A stretch of 64,000 bases of DNA from an uncultured Planctomycetaceae bacterium (lineage in GTDB: Bacteria > Planctomycetota > Planctomycetia > Pirellulales > PALSA-1355). The translations under genes and the position numbers were made by a program. Positions 10,979 to 22,036 of this stretch are shown in pieces. The stretch's first letter is position 1. The number at the start of each line of letters is the position of its first letter. The notes below the pieces were generated by a model that made no database searches, was not told the DNA's origin, and saw nothing but the letters and a program-made list of their open reading frames with translations. The stretch lies in NCBI GenBank assembly GCA_963785305.1, contig CAWAUV010000007.1, positions 1,184,001-1,248,000 of the forward strand. The letters are read 5' to 3'.

Positions 10979-12007
10979 GTGTTCGATACGTTGGCCGTCG
11001 TGGGCGCTACCGGCGCCGTGGGCTCGATCATTCTGCAACTGCTCGCCGAGCGCGCGCTGCCGGTGCGCGACTACAAATTCATCGCCTCGGGGCGCTCCGC
11101 CGGCAAAACGATCAAGTTCCTCGGCAAGTCGTACACGATCGAAGCGCTGCGCCCCGAGGCGTTCGAGGGCGTCGATCTGGCCATCGGCAGCACTCCCGAC
11201 GAAGTGGCTCGAGATTTCGCCCCCTGGGCCGTGGAGCGAGGCGCGGTGGTGGTCGATGAGAGCGGCTACTGGCGCATGGACCCGCGAGTGCCCCTGGTGG
11301 TGCCCGAGGTGAATCCCGAAGCGATCGGCGCCCATCAAGGCATCATCGCCAGCCCGAATTGCTCGACCACGCAAATGGTCGTGGCGCTCAAGCCGCTGCA
11401 CGACGCCGCGCGAGTGCGGCGCGTGGTGGTGAGCACCTATCAGGCCACGAGCGGCGCCGGGCTCGCCGGTTCGCGTGAACTCGAGTCGGGCACGAAGGCG
11501 GCTCTGGCCCAAGAGTCGTTTCAGCATGAAATTTTCGCGCATCCGATTGCATTCAACCTCATTCCGCAGATCGGTTCGGCAAAGCACGAAGGGTACACGT
11601 CGGAAGAAATGAAGATGGTCCACGAGACCCGCAAGATATTGGGCGACGATTCGATCCTGGTGTGCCCGACATGCGTTCGCGTTCCGGTGTCGAACTGCCA
11701 CAGCGAAAGCCTGCTGGTCGAGACCGAGACGAAACTTTCGGCCCGCGAGGCCCGCGAGCTTTTCGCCGCCGCGCCAGGCATCACGGTGGTCGACGATCTC
11801 GACGCCAAGCAGTATCCGATGCCGCTGGATTGTTCGGGTAGCGACGACGTGTTCATCGGCCGCATTCGCGAGGACCTTTCGAGCCCCCATGGTCTCGCCT
11901 TCTGGTGCGTGAGCGATAATCTGCGCAAGGGCGCGGCGACCAACGCGGTGCAGATCGCGGAGCTCATGATCGCCGGCAAGTCGACGCTCGCCCATGCCCG
12001 CCGCTGA
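10979..12007 (+). CDS. asd: aspartate-semialdehyde dehydrogenase
   Basis: VVGATGAVG, SPNCSTTQM, TCVRVPV, DNLRKGAATNAVQI. Confidence 0.96.
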   Translation: MFDTLAVVGATGAVGSIILQLLAERALPVRDYKFIASGRSAGKTIKFLGKSYTIEALRPEAFEGVDLAIGSTPDEVARDFAPWAVERGAVVVDESGYWRMDPRVPLVVPEVNPEAIGAHQGIIASPNCSTTQMVVALKPLHDAARVRRVVVSTYQATSGAGLAGSRELESGTKAALAQESFQHEIFAHPIAFNLIPQIGSAKHEGYTSEEMKMVHETRKILGDDSILVCPTCVRVPVSNCHSESLLVETETKLSAREARELFAAAPGITVVDDLDAKQYPMPLDCSGSDDVFIGRIREDLSSPHGLAFWCVSDNLRKGAATNAVQIAELMIAGKSTLAHARR

Positions 12008-12779
12008 CCCGCCGCCGCCGCGCACCTTCAAGCTCACGCTGGCCTACGATGGCGGCGCCTATGCCGGCTGGCAATTCCAGCCCGGGCGAGTCACGTTGCA
12101 AGACACGCTCGAGCGCGCGCTGGAGCGGATCACCGGCGCGGCCACGCGCGTCGTGGCCAGCGGACGGACCGACGCTGGCGTGCATGCCCTGGGCCAAGTG
12201 GTGAGCTTCACCATTTCCACCCGACTCGAGCCCGGCGCCTTGCAACGCGCGCTCAACGCCGAACTGCCGCGCGATATGGCCGTCGTCGATGCCCGCGAAG
12301 CCCCGCCCGGCTTTCACGCCATTCGCGACGCGGTGCGCAAAACCTATCGCTATGTGCTGCGCGACGGCCGGGCGCCCGATGTGTTTTCCCGCGGCCATGC
12401 GTGGCAGGTGCGGAGCCGGCTCGAGGCCGAAGCCATGCACCGGGCAGCGCAACGGCTCGTGGGCCGGCACGACTTCGCGAGCTTCGAGACCCGCGGCTCG
12501 ACGCGGAAAACATCCGTGCGCACCGTCGAGTCGATTTCGGTCGAGCGCGGCCAGGCGCCGCGCGATGATTTCGTCGTGCTCGAGATTTCCGCCGATGGCT
12601 TTCTCTATAATATGGTTCGCACGATCGTCGGCACGCTGGTCGAAGTGGGTCGCGGCGAACGCGAGGAGATTTGGCCCGGCGATGTGCTGGCCGCGGTCGA
12701 TCGCCGCCGCGCCGGCCAAACGGCGCCCGGGCATGGGCTGTTTCTGGTGTGCGTCGAATACAACGACCCTGGCGCCTGA
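11994..12779 (+). CDS. truA: tRNA pseudouridine(38-40) synthase
   Basis: YDGGAYAGWQ, SGRTDAGVHALGQ, GFLYNMVR. Confidence 0.96.
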   Translation: MPAADPPPPRTFKLTLAYDGGAYAGWQFQPGRVTLQDTLERALERITGAATRVVASGRTDAGVHALGQVVSFTISTRLEPGALQRALNAELPRDMAVVDAREAPPGFHAIRDAVRKTYRYVLRDGRAPDVFSRGHAWQVRSRLEAEAMHRAAQRLVGRHDFASFETRGSTRKTSVRTVESISVERGQAPRDDFVVLEISADGFLYNMVRTIVGTLVEVGRGEREEIWPGDVLAAVDRRRAGQTAPGHGLFLVCVEYNDPGA

Positions 12780-12886
12780 ACGCCGCGGGCGACCACGCGC
12801 GAAAGGCTCGAGACAGCAGGGCAGGGCAGGGGGGCCAAGCGGCGATCCACAATTGCTGAACAACCGCTGACCGACAATTTTTCGCC

Positions 12887-14094
12887 ATGCGCGTTGCTCA
12901 TATCATTACCCGGCTGATTCTGGGCGGAGCCCAGGAAAATACGCTACTCACCTGCGAAGACCTAATGCACGCTTGGAACGACCAAGTGCTGCTGATCACG
13001 GGCCCACCCGCGGGCCCCGAGGGCAGCTTGCTCCAGCGGGCCCGCGCCGCCAAGATTCCCGTGGCGATCGTGCCATCGCTCGGCCGCGCGATCCATCCAT
13101 GGCGCGACTGGCAAAGCCTTCGCGCGATTCGGCGCGAGCTGCGCCATTTCGCCCCGATGTCGTGCATACTCACAGCGCCAAGGCCGGGCTCTTGGGACGC
13201 TACGCCGCGCGTCGACTTGAAGTGCCGGCCATCGTACACACGGTTCACGGCGCGCCGTTTCATCCTTATCAAAGCGCGCCGGCCCGAGAATTCTTTCGCC
13301 GCTGCGAGCGCTTCGCCGCCCGGCGCTGCGATCGCTTGGTGAGCGTGGCCGACGCGATGACCCAGCAACTGGTTCGCGCCGGCGTGGCGCCGGCCGACAA
13401 ATTCACCACGGTCTATAGCGGCATGGAAGTCGAGCCCTTTCTCGAAGCCGAACGGTATCGCGCCCCGGTGCGCGAGGAGTTGGGATATCGCGAGGGGGAT
13501 CTCGTGATCGCCAAGATCGCGCGGCTCTTTCATCTCAAGGGACACGACGACCTGCTCGCCGCGTTTGCCGAGGTGGCGAAACGCGTCGAGCGAGCGCGCT
13601 TGCTGCTGGTGGGCGATGGCCTGCTCGCCCGACGGCTCGAGCGCGACGTGGCCCGGCGCGGGCTCGGAGAGCGAGTGCGATTCCTGGGGCTCGTTGGGCC
13701 GGAGCGAGTTCCCGCGCTCTTGGCCGCGGCCGACATCGTGGTTCACACCAGTCTTCGCGAGGGGCTGGCCCGAGTGCTGCCGCAAGCGCTGCTTGCCGGC
13801 CGGCCGGTGGTGAGCTACGACATCGACGGCGCTCGCGAGGTGGTGCTGCCCGATGTGACCGGCTATTTGGCGCCTCCGGGCGACATGGCGTCGATCGCCG
13901 GCTTCATCGAGCGGCTGGCTGGGGACCCGGCGCTGCGCCAGCGCTTGGGCGCCGAGGGCCGGCGGCGATTTAGCGCGCAATTTCGCCACGAAACGATGAC
14001 CTGGCGGCTGCGCGAGATTTATATCGAGATATTGCGTGGCAAGGGAGTCTCTCCGGAAGCGGCCGGGGGCACTGTACCCGACCGAGGCTCGTGA
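12887..14094 (+). CDS. glycosyltransferase family 4; frameshift near 13150
   Basis: HIITRLILGGAQEN, PDVVHTHSAKAG, EGLARVLPQA. Confidence 0.9.
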
Positions 14095-14151
14095 ATAAGA
14101 TGGAGAAATTCGCCCACGGGACCATTCGCCACCCGACCGGAACGGTAATTC

Positions 14152-15026
14152 GTGCCACGCGCGGCTCAACAATACATCGGCTCTTACCGACTGCTCAACT
14201 TGATCCGCACCGGCAAGACCTGCCAGGTGTGGGAAGCGATGCGCGACTCCACCAGCCAGCGCGTGGCGCTCAAGGTGCTGGTGGATGATTACCTCAAGGA
14301 CCGCGTCGAAATCGGCTACATGCGCAATGAATACGCGGTCGGCAAGACACTCGACCACCCGCGCGTGATCCATATCTACGATCTCGGCCTCGACAGCACC
14401 ATGTGCTACTTGGCCATGGAAATGTGTCAGGCGCCGAATGTGAAGCAGGTGATTCAGCAGGGCGTCGAGCGGCTGTTTCCCGAAATGCGCCGCATTGTGC
14501 GCGAGGCGATCGAGGGCCTGGCCTATTTTCATTCCAAGGATTGGATTCATCGCGACATCAAGCCCGATAACTTCCTGATGCCCGCCGATGGCTCGATCAA
14601 GCTGATCGACTTCGCGCTCTCGCATCGCGCCAAACATGGCATTTGGAAGCTACTGCCGGGCGGCAAGGCCACCGCCGTGCAAGGCACGCGGAGTTATATG
14701 TCGCCGGAACAGATTCGCAGCCAGGCGCTCGATCCGAGGGCCGACCTGTATAGCTTCGGCTGCATGTTGCACGAGTTGCTTACCGGCAAGGTTCCATTTA
14801 CGGGCGTGAGCACGAACGACCTGCTCAATAAGCATTCGAAAAGCGCCCCCCCTCGGTGCAGGCCGGCAATCGCAACGTGACCGATGCTTGCGCCGCCCTC
14901 GTCAAGCGCATGCTGGCCAAGGACCCCAAGAACCGGCCGGCCTCGATGGACGATGTGCTGATCGAATGGAATCGAATCGAGATTTTCAAGGAAGATCCGT
15001 CGGCCTTGCCGAGCCAGCGCCATTGA
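14152..15026 (+). CDS. Hanks-type Ser/Thr protein kinase; frameshifts in the 3' part
   Basis: VALK, HRDIKPDN, IDF, GTRSYMSPEQ, DLYSFG. Confidence 0.9.
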
Positions 15027-15147
15027 CGCGGCGACGCCCGGCGTGCTACCAGTGTTATTCAGCGTGCCCGATTGCGGCCGGGCCGCCGTCCCATGACCGC
15101 GTGTTGATTTTCGTTTTTGCATTTTGCCGCGAGAGGCCTGTCCGCTC

Positions 15148-16113
15148 ATGTCCACCGCCAATCCGCATCTGGGCTTCGATCGCCCGATCGATGAACTCGA
15201 GGCCCGCGTTCGCAAGCTCGAATCGGGAGACGATGGCAGCATCGAAAAGCACGAGGCCCTGCGCGCCGCCCGGCGCGAGTTGGCCGAGACCAAGCGGCGC
15301 GTGTATGCGAAGCTCGAGCCGTGGGAAACCGTGCAAGTGGCCCGGCATACCGACCGGCCCAAGACGAGCGATTATCTCGACCTCGTGTTCGACGAATTCG
15401 TCGAGCTGCATGGCGACCGCTTTTTTGGCGACGATCGGGCGATGCGCGCCGGCTTCGCCAAGCTCGACCAGCACAAGGTGATGGTGATCGGCCATCAGAA
15501 AGGCAAAACACTCGAGGAGCGCAAGGCCTGCTACTTCGGCTGCGCGCATCCCGAGGGATATCGCAAGGCGATGGGTAAGATGAAACTGGCCGCCAAATAT
15601 GGCCTGCCCGTGATCTGCTTCATCGACACGCCCGGCGCGTTTCCGGGCATCGGCGCCGAGGAGCGCGGCCAGGCCCAGGTGATTGCCCAAAACATGTTCG
15701 AGATGTCGCGACTGCCGACGCCGATCATTTGCGTGGTGATCGGCGAGGGCGGCTCCGGCGGGGCGCTGGGCATTGGCGTGGGCGATCGCGTGGCGATGCT
15801 CGAGCATGCCTACTATTCGGTGATTAGTCCCGAGGGCTGCGCCGGCATCTTGTGGAAGAGCCATAGCTATGCCGAGCAGGCCGCCAAGGCGCTCCGCATG
15901 CGAAGCGGCGATCTCATGGAGTTTGGAGTGCTCGACGATGTGATCGAAGAGCCGCTCGGCGGCGCGCATCGCGACCACCAACAGATGGCCAGCCGGCTCA
16001 AACTCTATCTCGTCAAATGCCTGCGCGAACTGGTCGGAACTCCGATCGACCAGTTGCTCGCGGCCCGCTACGACAAATTTCGCCGCATGGGCGCGTATTT
16101 GGAAAGCGCTTGA
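15148..16113 (+). CDS. accA: acetyl-CoA carboxylase carboxyltransferase alpha subunit
   Basis: ELHGDR, PEGYRKA, IDTPGAFPGIGAEERGQ, GEGGSGGALG. Confidence 0.97.
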   Translation: MSTANPHLGFDRPIDELEARVRKLESGDDGSIEKHEALRAARRELAETKRRVYAKLEPWETVQVARHTDRPKTSDYLDLVFDEFVELHGDRFFGDDRAMRAGFAKLDQHKVMVIGHQKGKTLEERKACYFGCAHPEGYRKAMGKMKLAAKYGLPVICFIDTPGAFPGIGAEERGQAQVIAQNMFEMSRLPTPIICVVIGEGGSGGALGIGVGDRVAMLEHAYYSVISPEGCAGILWKSHSYAEQAAKALRMRSGDLMEFGVLDDVIEEPLGGAHRDHQQMASRLKLYLVKCLRELVGTPIDQLLAARYDKFRRMGAYLESA

Positions 16114-16224
16114 GCCGCGGCGCCGGCCGGATTATGGTTTTGAAAGGTCGCGGCCGCTGGTAGCGCTGGAAGCGCGCCCCGCCGCGCCGAACCATCCCTC
16201 CTCCAAATCCCGCCGGGTATTCCC

Positions 16225-17270
16225 ATGACGATGTTCCGCCTTGGGCGCCGGCGCCCTTTGCGTTGCGCTGCTTGTCGCGATCGGTTGTTGGTTCGGTCGT
16301 TCGATTACCGCTCGAAGCATGTTCGCCGCGGAGCCCGGCGCCGAGCCGCGCCGGCCGCGGAAGCAAAAAGCAAGAACTTCGCGCGCGTGGTGCTGGGAGC
16401 GCCCTCGTTCGAACAGGGTCGCATGGTTCGCGAGCTGTTCGCCCATGCCGACGACTGGAAAGAGACCCGCTCGCGCGTGGACACGCTGCTGATCGCCGAT
16501 CTTCAATTGAAGAACTACACCGACGACGAGCTCCGCGAATACTTCGCCAAACTCCGCGAGTGGAACATTCAACTCGAGCTCGAGGTGGGCGCCGTGAAGC
16601 CATGGGGCAAGACCGGCGAGCGCACCTTCACCCTGGAGTGCCCGCATTGGGATCGCGTCGGCCGGCTCGGCGGCGTGATTGCGAGCGTGTGCATGGATGA
16701 GCCGTTTGTCGCCGCGCGAAAGCAAATGAACCAGACCGACGCCTTCGCGCTCGATGAGACCGTCGCCTTCATCGAAATCGCCCGTCGCAATTTTCCCGAT
16801 CTGCTCATCGGCGATATCGAACCCTATCCCGCGATCCCGCTGGCCGACCATTTCGAATGGATCGAAAAGCTGAATAAACGGCTCGCCGAACGCCATGTGC
16901 GCGGGCTCGATTTCTACCGGCTCGACGTGGATTGGGCCAACTACACGGTGCGCACTCTCGGCTCCTGGCAAGAAGTGAAAAAACTCGAACACTTTTGCCG
17001 CCAGCGGAGATTGCCGTTTGGCCTGATCTATTGGGCGGCGGGCTACCCGGCGCTTGCCAAGCGCGGGCTGGCCGACGATTCGACCTGGTACGTGTCGCTC
17101 ATGCAGCAAGGCTATGACTATGCGCTGATCGATGGCCGGCCGGACCAGACCGTGATCCAAAGCTGGATCGGAGCGCCTTTGCGCATGACGCCGGAGACCG
17201 ACGAGTTCACGTTCACCCGCTCGTGCGCGACTTCTTGCGCAAATTCGTGAAGCCCGCGGCGGCCGAATGA
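16225..17270 (+). CDS. probable secreted hypothetical protein; frameshifts near both ends
   Basis: Long coding-like ORF; signal-like segment GALCVALLVAIGCW in an adjacent frame. Confidence 0.65.
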
Positions 17271-17356
17271 GGCTCTTGTTTCCGTTGACGCGGCGGAGCC
17301 AATCGCGGCCTGACGGAGCATGGCAGGGGAGGGGCGCTCGAAAGGGCGGCGGACTG

Positions 17357-18151
17357 CTACGCCCTGGCCTCGATCAGTTGCTCGACTCTCGCATGCGCCG
17401 CCATTTGTCGCTTGTCGATCGTCCAGATGATCACGCAGAGATTCACGAAACAGATGACGCCGGCCAAATCGATGACGACTTGCATGCCCGACACTTCATG
17501 GAGATGCGCCAGCTTTTGGGGCGAAGGCTGCTCCGTCATCGCGATGGTGGAAAGCGTTTGGCAAATGATGTTCGAGGATATCCACAGGATCGTGGCGACC
17601 CATCCGACGAGAATCAGCTTATTGGTCCGCCCTTTTCTCCATCGCCAAGGTTGCTCACCGACATAATCCGGGTCGCTTGCCAGCCAGATCTCGCGCATCA
17701 CTTGGTAAGGCCGCACGATATTTAAGAACGGCACGAAATACCATCCCACCGCCCAGCCTGGCGTGTAGTCGAGCCGCTCCGCGCCAAATGAACGAAGGTT
17801 CTTACAAACGCGATAAATCCAAGAAAGCAGCGTAAACATCATCGCATAATAAGCGACCATTCGAATTCGCTGAATGCCTTCAACCCATTGATCATGTCGC
17901 TCGGCTTCTCCCGCGACCAAACTCGCCCCTTGCATGATCCGACCAACTAACCGCACTTGCGAGTAATACGCGAAGGCCGAAGTCGCCAGCGCGACCATGA
18001 ACAAGGCCGCGAGACCGATCGCGAGCGCGCTGCGCCGGCGGGGGGAAATAAACGGCGGCCAAATGATCGGGTTGCCCGCGTGCTCCGAAAAGTCGACTTC
18101 CGGCAGCGACGGTTTCGCGCTCCGCGGCGCTTCATAGGGATTGATATCCAA
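17357..18151 (-). CDS. DUF4328-type membrane protein, paralog 1
   Basis: NPYEAP start, TPGWAVGWYFVPFLNIVRPYQVMREIW; GAAGGAG RBS before TTG. Confidence 0.8.
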   Translation of the reverse strand: MDINPYEAPRSAKPSLPEVDFSEHAGNPIIWPPFISPRRRSALAIGLAALFMVALATSAFAYYSQVRLVGRIMQGASLVAGEAERHDQWVEGIQRIRMVAYYAMMFTLLSWIYRVCKNLRSFGAERLDYTPGWAVGWYFVPFLNIVRPYQVMREIWLASDPDYVGEQPWRWRKGRTNKLILVGWVATILWISSNIICQTLSTIAMTEQPSPQKLAHLHEVSGMQVVIDLAGVICFVNLCVIIWTIDKRQMAAHARVEQLIEARA

Positions 18152-18213
18152 GGTTGGAACTCCTTCATGAATCGGCATGCTCGATGACTGAATCGCGGCG
18201 CCCGACGCCGCGA

Positions 18214-18984
18214 TCATGACATGTCTTCCGCGACCAAGGCGAGCGCTCGATCGCGAGCCTCGAATTGCCGTTCGTCGATCAACAACACGATCAAACAAAG
18301 CATCGCGCACGACGGAAGCCCGATGAGATCAACGGCCATTTGCCACTGCGATATCGTGCGGAGCTGCTCCACCCCGTGCTGCCAAAAAACGTGCCGGCCG
18401 GGAAATGGCGGGATCAGCCACGAAGCTAGCACCCACACAAGTTCGAAGACCCACCAAACGAGAAACATTTCATGCGTCGGCGCTTTGCGCCACCGCGCCG
18501 AGCGCGGGCCGATATAATCCACGTCGCTGGCCTTCCAAATGTCGCATATCACCCTGTAAGGCCAATACAGATTTACAATCGGCATAAGGCACAGCGCGGC
18601 GACCACCACGGACGGCAGCCGGAGCTGCTCTACGCCGAATGAATGGAGATTCCCATGCGCGCGAAAGAGCCAGAACACGAACACGCCGAGTGTTGTGCAA
18701 AAGACGGCGATCCGAACCAATCGCAGTTGCCGCATGCGCTGATCGTTCTCCAGAATTTGTGCCTCGGTCACTTTAGCCCGATTCAACACTCGCTTCGCCA
18801 ACCGCGACTGCGACCAACACGCCCAAGCCGAATTGAGCAACACGATCATGAATACGCCGATGAGCGCTATCGTGGCCCCGCCGGGGATGCGCGGTGAATG
18901 AAACCGCCGCCACGAACTCGGCGCGATCCCACGGTCGGCGGTTTCCATTTCCGCCTCGGGCCCCGCATAAGGATTGAGATTCAT
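18214..18984 (-). CDS. DUF4328-type membrane protein, paralog 2
   Basis: NPYAGP, WLFRAHGNL, PIVNLYWPYRVICDIW. Confidence 0.8.
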   Translation of the reverse strand: MNLNPYAGPEAEMETADRGIAPSSWRRFHSPRIPGGATIALIGVFMIVLLNSAWACWSQSRLAKRVLNRAKVTEAQILENDQRMRQLRLVRIAVFCTTLGVFVFWLFRAHGNLHSFGVEQLRLPSVVVAALCLMPIVNLYWPYRVICDIWKASDVDYIGPRSARWRKAPTHEMFLVWWVFELVWVLASWLIPPFPGRHVFWQHGVEQLRTISQWQMAVDLIGLPSCAMLCLIVLLIDERQFEARDRALALVAEDMS

Positions 18985-19091
18985 GATTCGAGGGACCGCT
19001 TGGATTGGAACTCGACGCGCCCGAGAAGCGCGGTGGAATAGGCGATCGAGCGGCGGCGCGAATGGCGGGCATTAAAAAAAGCGCCGAGCCG

Positions 19092-19244
19092 CTAGTGCTT
19101 CGTCACGGCTGAAATGAGAGGTAACCCCGTGTGAAGCTATGAGAGGAGGCCGCGCCACGCGGAGTCCTCATGCCCACGCAGGGCCGTGGGCATGGCGCCA
19201 CGGAACCAGTCCAACCCGTCATTTCAATTGTGACAATGCACTAG
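19092..19244 (-). mobile_element. 153 bp MITE-like element, copy 2 (inverted)
   Basis: Reverse complement matches 5431-5583 with 5 mismatches; CTAG ends. Confidence 0.85.
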
Positions 19245-19491
19245 GAGTGTAACGATCGCGAAATCTGATTGCAATCGATCGCCGGTTGAGCGCGGCCGGG
19301 GCACGGCCCGGTTTGATCGCCTTTATGCAATCCGCGCGAATTCTTCCATCGCGGCTCCGAAAACGGCGGACCTTTTCGGGTCGAAAATCCGACGGCGGCC
19401 GAACGAGGCTCTGGTTTTCGTTGACGCGCCGGAGCCAATCGCGGCCTGACGGAGCAGGGCAGGGGAGAGCGCTCGAAGCGACGGCGAGGGG

Positions 19492-20306
19492 CTACGCCGC
19501 GGCATCGATCAGTCGCTCGACTTTCGCATGCGCCGCGCGTTGTCGGTTGTCGATCCTCCAGATAACCACGCAGAGCATGATGCAGGAAGCGATTCCGGCC
19601 AGATCGAGGCCCGTTTGCAGCAACGATGACTCGGAGGCGTGTTCGACATTTCCTCGCTCTAAAACCCACGCCGCGTGAAACTTGCCTCCCAACAACCATG
19701 CGCACTGGTAAATGCCCACGGCGACGGCGCTACAAATCCATACTAAAGTGGCTAGCCACCAGATGAGAATGAATTTGCCGGTCGGTCCCTTGCGCCACTG
19801 GTCATGCCGATCGCCGACGAAATCCGGATTGCTGGCCAACCAAATTTCGCGCATCACCTGATAAGGTCGCACGAGGTTCAAAACCGGCACGAACCACCAG
19901 CCAACCGCCCAGCCCGGAGTATAGTCGAGCTTCTCGACGCCGAACGCGCGCAAGTTCTTGTCGGCGCGGTACAGCCACACCATTAGTACGATCAAACAAG
20001 CGTCGGAGACCAGCGATTGAATCTTCGCGATGAAGAGCAAGCGGCGAGCGCTGTCTTGCAGTTCCGTGACGTTGAAGCGGCTCCCCCGCGACATCCCGTC
20101 CAACAGATGGGCTTCCACAAAAAAGGCCCACGCCGAAGCCGCCAATATGGCTACGTACGGCGCCAGCAGGCCGATTGCGATCGTGCCGAGCGGTGCGAGA
20201 AAACAAACGTCGTCCAAGCGCTCGAGTCGATCCGCTGCTCGGAAATGTCGGGTTCCCGAGGCGGCCGCTTCGCGCTCCGAGGCGCATCATCGGGATTGGT
20301 ATCCAT
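19492..20306 (-). CDS. DUF4328-type membrane protein, paralog 3; frameshift near 20200
   Basis: MDTNPDDAPRS start in one frame, TPGWAVGWWFVPVLNLVRPYQVMREIW in another. Confidence 0.75.
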
Positions 20307-20910
20307 GATTCGTTCTCTTTCATTGACCTTCACGATTGCGGCGCCAGGCACGGCGGCGCGACACGTTCCGCGCAACCGCCAGGATTATAAGAACCACGAA
20401 AGTCGATAGCCAACGACGGCCGATTGCGGGCAGCGCCGGTTCGGCGGGCGCGGCCGGTCGGCGAGCATATTCCGCGTTGCGATCGATCGACCGAGTGTGC
20501 GCCCCCTGCCGAACGGAAATTGGAACCCGGCCGCCCCGGCCGCCGATCCCCGACGCGAACGATCGCCGGTGCGCGTCCTCCGCGGCGCGCCGAAAACCGA
20601 ACTCGCGAAAACCGGACTCGCGAAAACGGGAGTAGCGACGGTGCGCCGACCGGCGCATCGACGGCGACATCGGGCGCGGCGCGGAGGTTTTGCCGCCGAG
20701 GTTTTTGCGCCGCCAAGCTGCGCGGCGGCTTCGGTTCCGTCGGCCATCGATTCAAAGCGGCCGAATCACTTGGTCGACGTTCCCAGGGAGCTTAGGAGAC
20801 CATGAAGCTTAAGCGTCCATGAACAGCAGACTGGGACAAGGTCCTGGGTGTTCGGGCCGCCTGGGTGTTCGGGCCTGGGCATTCGCGGGGCATTCCGAAC
20901 CACGCCCTCA

Positions 20911-20938
20911 ACGTCCGATAATGTTTCTTATGTTCGGT
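20911..20938 (+). other. dif-like (XerC/XerD) recombination site candidate
   Basis: ACGTCCGATAA-TGTTTC-TTATGTTCGGT: 11-6-11 layout with ATAA/TTATGT inner arms as in dif. Confidence 0.55.
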
Positions 20939-21124
20939 TCGAGGCCCGTTTTTCCCGGAATATTCGCTGATTCTTCCCACGCCCGTTTTCCAGCCGCCGA
21001 CCGACCGAATCACGTTGCTCGCCACCGGCCCAATCCGTCCTGGCCCTATCCGTCCACATGATCCGCCGCTCCAACGTGTGTGTGCTTCGCCGTCGAGCGA
21101 TTCACCGGCGGCGCCCAGTTCGGC

Positions 21125-21694
21125 TCAGCGCGGAGGCGCCAGCGGGGGAAGCTCGGCCCGGGGAGCGGCCGGAGCGCCGCCCGCCGGCTTCAGTTCTTGC
21201 TCCAGGCGATGCATGTACGGGTCGAGCACTTCATGGAGTTCGCGCGGCATGAGTCCGTCGGCGCGGTCGAGCAGCGCCGCGATCACATAACCGCTCCGCG
21301 ATTCGAGCACCGCCGCGCGGGTCGGGTCCGAGAGCGTGACGGCGAAAAATGTGAGCACCACGCAAAGCACCACCGCCGTGGCGCAGCCAAACAGCGCGCC
21401 AAGCTGACGGTCGAAATCGCGCAGCTTCAGCCGATCCATAAAACCGGAAACCAAGTGAAACACGAACCAGATCGCCGCGCCGGCGCCCACATACAGAATC
21501 GCCATGGCGACAAACCGATTCCAAGGCGGCTGACCGCCGATCCTCGCCGCGAGGTCGGGACTGAAATGCAACGCCACGAAGTAACTGGCCACGAGCGACC
21601 CCAAGGCCGCCAGTTGCCAAGCCAGACCTTTGACGGCGCCGAAGATCGTGGCGCCCGCGAGCACCACCAGCATTGCAATGTCGTAGTTCTGCAT
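21125..21694 (-). CDS. CvpA family protein
   Basis: YDIAMLVVL...GAVKGL, DRQLGALFG, four TM segments. Confidence 0.85.
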   Translation of the reverse strand: MQNYDIAMLVVLAGATIFGAVKGLAWQLAALGSLVASYFVALHFSPDLAARIGGQPPWNRFVAMAILYVGAGAAIWFVFHLVSGFMDRLKLRDFDRQLGALFGCATAVVLCVVLTFFAVTLSDPTRAAVLESRSGYVIAALLDRADGLMPRELHEVLDPYMHRLEQELKPAGGAPAAPRAELPPLAPPR

Positions 21695-21720
21695 GACTCG
21701 CTTCCGGTCTCGCGGGATTC

Positions 21721-21793
21721 CTAGCAGTTTGTCTAAAAACGCCTCCGTGGCATTTTTAAACCTCGCCTGTTGAATATTTCAACCGGCTGCTGG
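21721..21793. repeat. composite palindromic element (CTAGCAG...GCCTGTTGAATATTTCAACCGGCTGCTGG)
   Basis: Same core as 2578, 5580, 26096 and 39357. Confidence 0.55.
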
Positions 21794-22036
21794 CTTGCGG
21801 GCGCGGGGCCTCACGACCACCGGCGACGCGGCGGCGAGTATAGCAAGCTCGCGCGGCGCACGAAGTCCATTCCCGCCCACCGGGCCCGTGGGCCCGTGCT
21901 GGCATCGCCAGCGGGAGCGAGTCGATCTTGTCGCTGGGCGAACAATGTTGTACAAGGCGCCGGTCAAATTTTGCGTGTTTTGCTTTTCGGCGCCGTTTCT
22001 TATCTTCCGCGGCGTGATTTCGGTCAAGGGCCCCCG

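Noticed and set aside
20320..21061. Several short ORFs in the gap between the DUF4328 array and cvpA
   Set aside because: Arg/Ala/Pro-rich, with no RBS or motifs; treated as non-coding
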